Source: the human T2T-CHM13v2.0 reference genome, Homo sapiens. Taken from it: a DNA stretch of 64,000 nt. The notes beneath the pieces are model-generated. The model saw nothing but the letters and a program-made list of their open reading frames with translations, searched no databases and was not told where the DNA came from. Shown here piece by piece: positions 53,668 through 64,000 of this stretch (position 1 is its first letter; the number at the start of each line of letters is the position of its first letter). The position numbers were made by a program, and so were the translations under genes. The stretch lies in assembly GCF_009914755.1 (NCBI RefSeq), contig NC_060934.1, one strand, 5' to 3'.

Positions 53668-56600
53668 GAATTCTCAGTAACTTCTTTGTGTTGTGTGTAT
53701 TCAACTCACAGAGTTGAACCTTTCTTTAGAGGGAGCAGAGGTGAAACACTCTTTTTGTGGAATTTGATAGTGTAGATTTCAAACGCTTCGAAGACAGTGA
53801 TAGAAAAGGATATATCATCGTATTAAAAGTAGACAAAATCATTCTCAGAAAACTCTTTGTGATGTGTGTGTTCAACTCACAGAGTTTAACCTTTCTTTAA
53901 TCGAGCAGTTTGGAAATACACTCTTTGTAAGTCTGCAGGTGGATATTTGGCCCTCTTTGAGCCCTTCGTTGGAAACGGGATTTCCTCATATAATGCTAGA
54001 CAGAAGAATTCTCAGTAACTTCTTTGTGTTGTTTGTATTCAACACACAGATTTGAACCTTCCTTTAGAGAGAGCAGATTTGAAACACTCTGTTTTTGGAA
54101 TTTGCAAGTGCAGATTTCAAGCGCTTCTAGGCCTATGGCAGAAAAGGAAATATCTTCGTATAAAAACTACACAGAATCATTCTCAACAACTACTTTGTGA
54201 TGTGTGCGTTCAACTCACAGAGTTTAACCTTTCTTTTCATAGAGCAGTTTGGAAACACTCTATTTGTAAAGCCTGCAAGTGCTTTTTTGGACTTCATTGA
54301 GGCCTTCGTTGGAAACGGGATTTCTTCATATAATGCTAGACAGAAGAATTCTCAGTCACTTCTTTGTGTTGTGTGTATTCAAGTCACAGAGTTGAACCTT
54401 CCTTTAGACAGAGCAGTTTTGAAAAATTCTTTCTGTGGAGTTTGCAAGTGGAGATTTCAAGCGATTTGAGGCTAATCTTTGAAATGGAAATATCTTCGTG
54501 TAAAAACTACACAGAACCATTCTCAGAAACTGCTTTGTCATCTGTGCGTTCAGTTCACAGAGTTTCACCTTTCTCTTCATAGAGCAGTTTGGAAAGACTC
54601 TGTCTGTAAAGTCTGCAAGTGATTAGTTAGACCCCTTTGAGGCCTTCGTTGGAAGCGGGATTTCTCATTTACTGCTAGACAGAAGAATTCTCAGTAAATC
54701 CTTTGTGTTGTGTGTATTCAACTCACAGAGTGGAACCTTCCTTTATTCAGAGCAGTTTTGAAAAACACTTTTTGTGGAATTTGCAAGTGGAGATTTCAAG
54801 CGATTTGACGCCAATCTTAGACATGAAAATATCTTCATATTAAAAGTACACAGAGTCATTCGTAGAAACTAGTTTGTGATGTGTGCCTTCAACTCACAGA
54901 GTTTAACCTTTCTTTTCATAGAGCAGTTTGGAAACACTCTATTTGTAAAGTCTGCAAGTGGATATTTGGACCTCTTTGAGGCCTTCGTTGGAAACGGGAT
55001 TTCTTCATACAACGCTAGACAGAAGAATTCTCAGTAACTTCTTTGTGTTGTGTGTATTCAACTCACAGAGTTGAAACTTTCTTTAGAGAGAGCAGAGTTG
55101 AAACACTCTGTTTTTGGAATTTGCAAGTGCAGATTTCAAGCGATTCTAGGCCTATGGCAGAAAAGGAAATATCTTCGTATAAAAACTACACAGAATCATT
55201 CTCAACAACTACTTTGTGATGTGTGCGTTCAACTCACAGAGTTTAACCTTTCTTTTCATAGAGCAGTTTGGAAACACTCTGTTTGTAAAGCCTGCAAGTG
55301 CTTTTTTGGACTTCATTGAGGCCTTCGTTGGAAACGGGATTTCTTCATATAATGCTAGACGGAAGAATTCTCAGTCACTTCTTTGTGTTGTGTGTATTCA
55401 ACTCACAGAGTTGAACCTTCCTTTAGACAGAGCAGTTTTGAAAAATTCTTTCTGTGTAATTTGCAAGTGGAGATTTCAAGCGATTTGAGGCTAATCTTTG
55501 AAATGGAAATATCTTCGTGTAAAAACTACACAGAATCATTCTCAGAAACTGCTTTGTCATCTGTGCGTTCAGTTCACAGTTTCACCTTTCTCTTCATAGA
55601 GCAGTTTGGAAAGACTCTGTCTGTAAAGTCTGCAAGTGATTAGTTAGAACCCTTTGATGCCTTCGTTGGAAGTGGGATTTCTCATTTACTGCTAGACAGA
55701 AGAATTCTCAGTAAATCCTTTGTGTTGTGTGTATTCAACTCACAGAGTGGAACCTTCCTTTATTCAGAGCAGTTTTGAAACACTCTTTTTGTGGAATTTG
55801 CAAGTGGAGATTTCAAGCGATTTGACGCCAATCTTAGACATGGAAATATCTTCATATTAAAAGTACACAGAGTCATTCGTAGAAACTAGTTTGTGATGTG
55901 TGCCTTCAACTCACAGAGTTTAAACTTTCTTTTCATAGAGCAGTTGGGAAACACTCTATTTGTAAAGTCTGCAAGTGGATATTTGGACCTCTTTGAGGCC
56001 TTCGTTGGAAACGGGATTTCTTCATATAACGCTAGACAGAAGAATTCTCAGTAACTTCTTTGTGTTGTGTGTATTCAACTCACAGAGTTGAACCTTTCTT
56101 TAGAGGGAGCAGAGGTGAAACACTCTTTTTGTGGAATTTGCTAGTGCAGATTTCAAACGCTTCGAAGACAGTGATAGAAAAGGATATATCTTCGTATTAA
56201 AAGTAGACAAAATCATTCTCAGAAAACTCTTTGTGATGTGTGTGTTCAACTCACAGAGTTTAACCTTTCTTTAATCGAGCAGTTTGGAAATACACTCTTT
56301 GTAAGTCTGCAGGTGGATATTTGGCCCTCTTTGAGCCCTTCGTTGGAAACGGGATTTCCTCATATAATGCTAGACAGAAGAATTCTCAGTAACTTCTTTG
56401 TGTTGTTTGTATTCAACACACAGATTTGAACCTTCCTTTAGAGAGAGCAGATTTGAAACACTCTGTTTTTGGAATTTGCAAGTGCGGATTTCAAGCGCTT
56501 CTAGGCCTATGGCAGAAAAGGAAATATCTTCGTATAAAAACTACACAGAATCATTCTCAACAACTACTTTGTGATGTGTGCGTTCAACTCACAGAGTTTA

Positions 56601-59600
56601 ACCTTTCTTTTTATAGAGCAGTTTGGAAACACTCTGTTTGTAAAGCCTGCAAGTGCTTTTTTGGACTTCATTGAGGCCTTCGTTGGAAACGGGATTTCTT
56701 CATATAATGCTAGACAGAAGAATTCTCAATCACTTCTTTGTGTTGTGTGTATTCAAGTCACAGAGTTGAACCTTCTTTTAGACAGAGCAGTTTTGAAAAA
56801 TTCTTTCTGTGGAATTTGCAAGTGGAGATTTCCAGCGATTTGAGGCTAATCTTTGAAATGGAAATATCTTCGTGTAAAAACTACACAGAATCATTCTCAG
56901 AAACTGCTTTGTCATCTGTGCGTTCAGTTCACAGAGTTTCACCTTTCTCTTCATAGAGCAGTTTGGAAAGACTCTGTCTGTAAAGTCTGCAAGTGATTAG
57001 TTAGACCCCTTTGAGGCCTTCGTTGGAAGCGGGATTTCTCATTTACTGCTAGACAGAAGAATTCTCAGTAAATCCTTTGTGTTGTGTGTATTCAACTCAC
57101 AGAGTGGAACCTTCCTTTATTCAGAGCAGTTTTGAAAAACACTTTTTGTGGAATTTGCAAGTGGAGATTTCAAGCGATTTGACGCCAATCTTAGACATGG
57201 AAATATCTTCATATTAAAAGTACACAGAGTCATTCGTAGAAACTAGTTTGTGATGTGTGCCTTCAACTCACAGAGTTTAACCTTTCTTTTCATAGAGCAG
57301 TTTGGAAACACTCTATTTGTAAAGTCTGCAAGTGGATATTTGGACCTCTTTGAGGCCTTCGTTGGAAACGGGATTTCTTCATACAACGCTAGACAGAAGA
57401 ATTCTCAGTAACTTCTTTGTGTTGTGTGTATTCAACTCACAGAGTTGAACCTTTCTTTAGAGAGAGCAGAGTTGAAACACTCTGTTTTTGGAATTTGCAA
57501 GTGCAGATTTCAAGCGATTCTAGGCCTATGGCAGAAAAGGAAATATCTTCGTATAAAAACTACACAGAATCATTCTCAACAACTACTTTGTCATGTGTGC
57601 GTTCAACTCACAGAGTTTAACCTTTCTTTTCATAGAGCAGTTTGGAAACACTCTGTTTGTAAAGCCTGCAAGTGCTTTTTTGGACTTCATTGAGGCCTTC
57701 GTTGGAAACGGGATTTCTTCATATAATGCTAGACAGAAGAATTCTCAGTCACTTCTTTGTGTTGTGTGTATTCAAGTCACAGAGTTGAACCTTCCTTTAG
57801 ACAGAGCAGTTTTGAAAAATTCTTTCTGTGCAATTTGCAAGTGGAGATTTCAAGCGATTTGAGGCTAATCTTTGAAATGGAAATATCTTCGTGTAAAAAC
57901 TACACAGAATCATTCTCAGAAACTGCTTTGTCATCTGTGCGTTCAGTTTACAGAGTTTCACCTTTCTCTTCATAGAGCAGTTTGGAAAGACTCTGTCTGT
58001 AAAGTCTGCAAGTGATTAGTTAGACCCCTTTGAGGCCTTCGTTGGAAGCGGGATTTCTCATTTACTGCTAGACAGAAGAATTCTCAGTAAATCCTTTGTG
58101 TTGTGTGTATTCAACTCACAGAGTGGAACCTTCCTTTATTCAGAGCAGTTTTGAAACACTCTTTTTGTGGAATTTGCAAGTGGAGATTTCAAGCGATTTG
58201 ACGCCAATCTTAGACATGGAAATATCTTCATATTAAAAGTACACAGAGTCATTCGTAGAAACTAGTTTGTGATGTGTGCCTTCAACTCACAGAGTTTAAC
58301 CTTTCTTTTCATAGAGCAGTTGGGAAACACTCTATTTGTAAAGTCTGCAAGTGGATATTTGGACCTCTTTGAGGCCTTCGTTGGAAACGGGATTTCTTCA
58401 TATAACGCTAGACAGAAGAATTCTCAGTAACTTCTTTGTGTTGTGTGTATTCAACTCACAGAGTTGAACCTTTCTTTAGAGGGAGCAGAGGTGAAACACT
58501 CTTTTTGTGGAATTTGCTAGTGTAGATTTCAAACGCTTCGAAGACAGTGATAGAAAAGGATATATCATCATATTAAAAGTAGACAAAATCATTCTCAGAA
58601 AACTCTTTGTGATGTGTGTGTTCAACTCACAGAGTTTAACCTTTCTTTAATCGAGCAATATGGAAATACACTCTTTGTAAGTCTGCAGGTGGATATTTGG
58701 CCCTCTTTGAGCCCTTCGTTGGAAACGGGATTTCCTCATATAATGCTAGACAGAAGAATTCTCAGTAACTTCTTTGTGTTGTTTGTATTCAACACACAGA
58801 TTTGAACCTTCCTTTAGAGAGAGCAGATTTGAAACACTCTGTTTTTGGAATTTGCAAGTGCAGATTTCAAGCGCTTCTAGGCCTATGGCAGAAAAGGAAA
58901 TATCTTCGTATAAAAACTACACAGAATCATTCTCAACAACTACTTTGTGATGTGTGCGTTCAACTCACAGAGTTTAACCTTTCTTTTCATAGAGCAGTTT
59001 GGAAACAATCTATTTGTAAAGCCTGCAAGTGCTTTTTTGGACTTCATTGAGGCCTTCGTTGGAAACGGGATTTCTTCATATAATGCTAGACAGAAGAATT
59101 CTCAGTCACTTCTTTGTGTTGTGTGTATTCAAGTCACAGAGTTGAACCTTCCTTTAGACAGAGCAGTTTTGAAAAATTCTTTCTGTGGAATTTGCAAGTG
59201 GAGATTTCAAGCGATTTGAGGCTAATCTTTGAAATGGAAATATCTTCGTGTAAAAACTACACAGAATCATTCTCAGAAACTGCTTTGTCATCTGTGCGTT
59301 CAGTTCACAGAGTTTCACCTTTCTCTTCATAGAGCAGTTTGGAAAGACTCTGTCTGTAAAGTCTGCAAGTGATTAGTTAGACCCCTTTGAGGCCTTCGTT
59401 GGAAGCGGGATTTCTCATTTACTGCTAGACAGAAGAATTCTCAGTAAATCCTTTGTGTTGTGTGTATTCAACTCACAGAGTGGAACCTTCCTTTATTCAG
59501 AGCAGTTTTGAAAAACACTTTTTGTGGAATTTGCAAGTGGAGATTTCAAGCGATTTGACGCCAATCTTAGACATGGAAATATCTTCATATTAAAAGTACA

Positions 59601-60793
59601 CAGAGTCATTCGTAGAAACTAGTTTGTGATGTGTGCCTTCAACTCACAGAGTTTAACCTTTCTTTTCATAGAGCAGTTTGGAAACACTCTATTTGTAAAG
59701 TCTGCAAGTGGATATTTGGACCTCTTTGAGGCCTTCGTTGGAAACGGGATTTCTTCATACAACGCTAGACAGAAGAATTCTCAGTAACTTCTTTGTGTTG
59801 TGTGTATTCAACTCACAGAGTTGAACCTTTCTTTAGAGAGAGCAGAGTTGAAACACTCTGTTTTTGGAATTTGCAAGTGCAGATTTCAAGCGATTCTAGG
59901 CCTATGGCAGAAAAGGAAATATCTTCGTATAAAAACTACACAGAATCATTCTCAACAACTACTTTGTCATGTGTGCGTTCAACTCACAGAGTTTAACCTT
60001 TCTTTTCATAGAGCAGTTTGGAAACACTCTGTTTGTAAAGCCTGCAAGTGCTTTTTTGGACTTCATTGAGGCCTTCGTTGGAAACGGGATTTCTTCATAT
60101 AATGCTAGACGGAAGAATTCTCAGTCACTTCTTTGTGTTGTGTGTATTCAAGTCACAGAGTTGAACCTTCCTTTAGACAGAGCAGTTTTGAAAAATTCTT
60201 TCTGTGTAATTTGCAAGTGGAGATTTCAAGCGATTTGAGGCTAATTTTTGAAATGGAAATATCTTCGTGTAAAAACTACACAGAAGCATTCTCAGAAACT
60301 GCTTTGTCATCTGTGCGTTCAGTTCACAGAGTTTCACCTTTCTCTTCATAGAGCAGTTTGGAAAGACTCTGTCTGTAAAGTCTGCAAGTGATTAGTTAGA
60401 CCACTTTGTGGCCTTCGTTGGAAGCAGGATTTCTCATTTACTGCTAGACAGAAGAATTCTCAGTAAATCCTTTGTGTTGTGTGTATTCAACTCACAGAGT
60501 GGAACCTTCCTTTATTCAGAGCAGTTTTGAAACACTCTTTTTGTGGAATTTGCAAGTGGAGATTTCAAGCGATTTGACGCCAATCTTAGACATGGAAATA
60601 TCTTCATATTAAAAGTACACAGAGTCATTCGTAGAAACTAGTTTGTGATGTGTGCCTTCAACTCACAGAGTTTAACCTTTCTTTTCATAGAGCAGTTGGG
60701 AAACACTCTATTTGTAAAGTCTGCAAGTGGATATTTGGACCTCTTTGAGGCCTTCGTTGGAAACGGGATTTCTTCATATAACGCTAGACAGAA
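53668..60793 (+). repeat. Run of three 14-mer super-units (2374-2376 bp)
   Basis: D ORFs at 53864, 56238, 58614 and 60990. A 2-bp deletion (TTCACAGTTTCACC, ~55578) shortens one unit. Confidence 0.88.
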
Positions 60794-63700
60794 GAATTCT
60801 CAGTAACTTCTTTGTGTTGTGTGTATTCAACTCACAGAGTTGAACCTTTCTTTAGAGGGAGCAGAGGTGAAACACTCTTTTTGTGGAATTTGCTAGTGTA
60901 GATTTCAAACGCTTCGAAGACAGTGATAGAAAAGGATATATCATCGTATTAAAAGTAGACAAAATCATTCTCAGAAAACTCTTTGTGATGTGTGTGTTCA
61001 ACTCACAGAGTTTAACCTTTCTTTAATCGAGCAATTTGGAAATACACTCTTTGTAAGTCTGCAGGTGGATATTTGGCCCACTTTGAGCCCTTCGTTGGAA
61101 ACGGGATTTCCTCATATAATGCTAGACAGAAGAATTCTCAGTAACTTCTTTGTGTTGTTTGTATTCAACACACAGATTTGAACCTTCCTTTAGAGAGACC
61201 AGATTTGAAACACTCTGTTTTTGGAATTTGCAAGTGCAGATTTCAAGCGCTTCTAGGCCTATGGCAGAAAAGGAAATATCTTCGTATAAAAACTACACAG
61301 AATCATTCTCAACAACTACTTTGTGATGTGTGCGTTCAACTCACAGAGTTTAACCTTTCTTTTCATAGAGCAGTTTGGAAACACTCTATTTGTAAAGTCT
61401 GCAAGTGGATATTTGGACCTCTTTGAGGCCTTCGTTGGAAACGGGATTTCTTCATATAACGCTAGACAGAAGAATTCTCAGTAACTTCTTTGTGTTGTGT
61501 GTATTCAACTCACAGAGTTGAACCTTTCTTTAGAGGGAGCAGAGGTGAAACACTCTTTTTGTGGAATTTGCTAGTGTAGATTTCAAACGCTTCGAAGACA
61601 GTGATAGAAAAGGATATATCTTCGTATTAAAAGTAGACAAAATCATTCTCAGAAATCTCTTTGTGATGTGTGTGTTCAACTCACAGAGTTTAACCTTTCT
61701 TTAATCGAGCAGTTTGGAAATACACTCTTTGTAAGTCTGCAGGTGGATATTTGGCCCTCTTTGAGCCCTTCGTTGGAAACGGGATTTCCTCATATAATGC
61801 TAGACAGAAGAATTCTCAGTAACTTCTTTGTGTTGTTTGTATTCAACACACAGATTTGAACCTTCCTTTAGAGAGAGCAGATTTGAAACACTCTGTTTTT
61901 GGAATTTGCAAGTGCAGATTTCAAGCGCTTCTAGGCCTATGGCAGAAAAGGAAATATCTTCGTATAAAAACTACACAGAATCATTCTCAACAACTACTTT
62001 CTGATGTGTGCGTTCAACTCACAGAGGATAACCTTTCTTTTCATAGAGCAGTTTGGAAACACTCTGTTTGTAAAGCCTGCAAGTGCTTTTTTGGACTTCA
62101 TTGAGGCCTTCGTTGGAAACGGGATTTCTTCATACAACGCTAGACAGAAGAATTCTCAGTAACTTCTTTGTGTTGTGTGTATTCAACTCACAGAGTTGAA
62201 CCTTCCTTTAGAGAGAGCAGATTTGAAACACTCTGTTTTTGGAATTTGCAAGTGCAGATTTCAAGCGCTTCTAGGCCTATGGCAGAAAAGGAAATATCTT
62301 CGTATAAAAACTACACAGAATCATTCTCAACAACTACTTTGTGATGTGTGCGTTCAACTCACAGAGTTTAACCTTTCTTTTCATAGAGCAGTTTGGAAAC
62401 ACTCTGTTTGTAAAGCCTGCAAGTGCTTTTTTGGACTTCATTGAGGCCTTCGTTGGAAACGGGATTTCTTCATATAATGCTAGACAGAAGAATTCTCAGT
62501 CACTTCTTTGTGTTGTGTGTATTCAAGTCACAGAGTTGAACCTTCCTTTAGACAGAGCAGTTTTGAAAAATTCTTTCTGTGGAATTTGCAAGTGGAGATT
62601 TCAAGCGATTTGAGGCTAATCTTTGAAATGGAAATATCTTCGTGTAAAAACTACACAGAATCATTCTCAGAAACTGCTTTGTCATCTGTGCGTTCAGTTC
62701 ACAGAGTTTCACCTTTCTCTTCATAGAGCAGTTTGGAAAGACTCTGTCTGTAAAGTCTGCAAGTGATTAGTTAGACCCCTTTGAGGCCTTCGTTGGAAGC
62801 AGGATTTCTCATTTACTGCTAGACAGAAGAATTCTCAGTAAATCCTTTGTGTTGTGTGTATTCAACTCACAGAGTGGAACCTTCCTTTATTCAGAGCAGT
62901 TTTGAAAAACACTTTTTGTGGAATTTGCAAGTGGAGATTTCAAGCGATTTGACGCCAATCTTAGACATGGAAATATCTTCATATTAAAAGTACACAGAGT
63001 CATTCGTAGAAACTAGTTTGTGATGTGTGCCTTCAACTCACAGAGTTTAACCTTTCTTTTCATAGAGCAGTTTGGAAACACTCTATTTGTAAAGTCTGCA
63101 AGTGGATATTTGGACCTCTTTGAGGCCTTCGTTGGAAACGGGATTTCTTCATACAACGCTAGACAGAAGAATTCTCAGTAACTTCTTTGTGTTGTGTGTA
63201 TTCAACTCACAGAGTTGAACCTTTCTTTAGAGAGAGCAGAGTTGAAACACTCTGTTTTTGGAATTTGCAAGTGCAGATTTCAAGCGATTCTAGGCCTATG
63301 GCAGAAAAGGAAATATCTTCGTATAAAAACTACACAGAATCATTCTCAACAACTACTTTGTGATGTGTGCGTTCAACTCACAGAGTTTAACCTTTCTTTT
63401 CATAGAGCAGTTTGGAAACACTCTGTTTGTAAAGCCTGCAAGTGCTTTTTTGGACTTCATTGAGGCCTTCGTTGGAAACGGGATTTCTTCATATAATGCT
63501 AGACGGAAGAATTCTCAGTCACTTCTTTGTGTTGTGTGTATTCAAGTCACAGAGTTGAACCTTCCTTTAGACAGAGCAGTTTTGAAAAATTCTTTCTGTG
63601 TAATTTGCAAGTGGAGATTTCAAGCGATTTGAGGCTAATTTTTGAAATGGAAATATCTTCGTGTAAAAACTACACAGAAGCATTCTCAGAAACTGCTTTG

Positions 63701-64000
63701 TCATCTGTGCGTTCAGTTCACAGAGTTTCACCTTTCTCTTCATAGAGCAGTTTGGAAAGACTCTGTCTGTAAAGTCTGCAAGTGATTAGTTAGACCACTT
63801 TGTGGCCTTCGTTGGAAGCAGGATTTCTCATTTACTGCTAGACAGAAGAATTCTCAGTAAATCCTTTGTGTTGTGTGTATTCAACTCACAGAGTGGAACC
63901 TTCCTTTATTCAGAGCAGTTTTGAAACACTCTTTTTGTGGAATTTGCAAGTGGAGATTTCAAGCGATTTGACGCCAATCTTAGACATGGAAATATCTTCA

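Larger units (their letters stand above)
1..64000 (+). repeat. Alpha-satellite higher-order-repeat (HOR) array, dimeric suprachromosomal family 1 (J1/J2-type monomers), centromeric
   Basis: ~170-bp periodicity of alphoid motifs (TCAACTCACAGAGTTNAAC, AGAGCAGTTTGGAAAC, TGCAAGTGGA) across the whole window. CENP-B box and GAAGAATTCTCAG recur every ~338-340 bp. Near-identical ORF translations recur at multiples of ~340 bp. Confidence 0.99.
1..64000 (+). other. Probable human chromosome 10 active centromeric array D10Z1 (S1C10H1L)
   Basis: SF1 dimeric array mixing 8-mer (~1.36 kb) and 6-mer (~1.02 kb) units, with one RsaI site (GTAC, dimer C) per unit and PstI (CTGCAG) only in dimer D. This fits recalled descriptions of D10Z1. 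Not confirmed by alignment; another SF1 8-mer (e.g. chr12 D12Z3) is the alternative. Confidence 0.7.

Noticed and set aside
54255-59020. A dimers with C-like CTATTTG (~54261, ~59011)
   Set aside because: These are single-base changes and the downstream sequence remains A-type, so they are not true A/C hybrids.
248-63745. About 200 short ORFs (60-101 aa), many Cys-rich and repeated
   Set aside because: They are translations of alpha-satellite monomers in overlapping frames, mostly with GTG/TTG starts. They appear and disappear with single substitutions and show no recognisable domain.
1-64000. CRISPR-like or tandem gene-cassette interpretation of the regular repeats
   Set aside because: There are no unique spacers or cas-like genes. 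The whole sequence is homologous 171-bp alphoid monomers with CENP-B boxes.
1-64000. Possible L1/Alu insertion or strand inversion
   Set aside because: I saw no non-alphoid sequence, poly-A tail or reverse-orientation box (TCCCGTTTCCAACGAAG). Dimer spacing accounts for all bases.

Overview
The whole 64 kb is one uninterrupted, single-orientation primate (almost certainly human) centromeric alpha-satellite array of ~171-bp monomers (~376 by length). It is organised as ~340-bp dimers with a CENP-B box (YTTCGTTGGAARCGGGA, + strand) in every second monomer and an EcoRI site in nearly every dimer, i.e. suprachromosomal family 1. Four dimer types recur, counted from the GAATTC site: A (CTAGGCCTATGGCAG), B (GAGGCTAATC), C (GACGCCAATC/GTAC) and D (CTTCGAAGACAG/CTGCAG). 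They form an 8-mer ABCD (~1357 bp) and a 6-mer ABC (~1019 bp), which best matches chromosome 10 D10Z1/S1C10H1L (recalled, not searched). I see no genes, RNA genes, transposons, CRISPR arrays or inversions, and every listed ORF is a by-product of the repeat. I found no new protein-coding system. The interest lies in the array architecture: a sequence-differentiated 14-mer super-HOR, 16-, 20- and 24-monomer duplications, hybrid monomers, copies of rare variants tens of kb apart, clustered CENP-B box losses, and one out-of-register 3-monomer deletion at ~29.74 kb that places two CENP-B boxes 166 bp apart. Coordinates were read by eye and block edges may be off by several bp.
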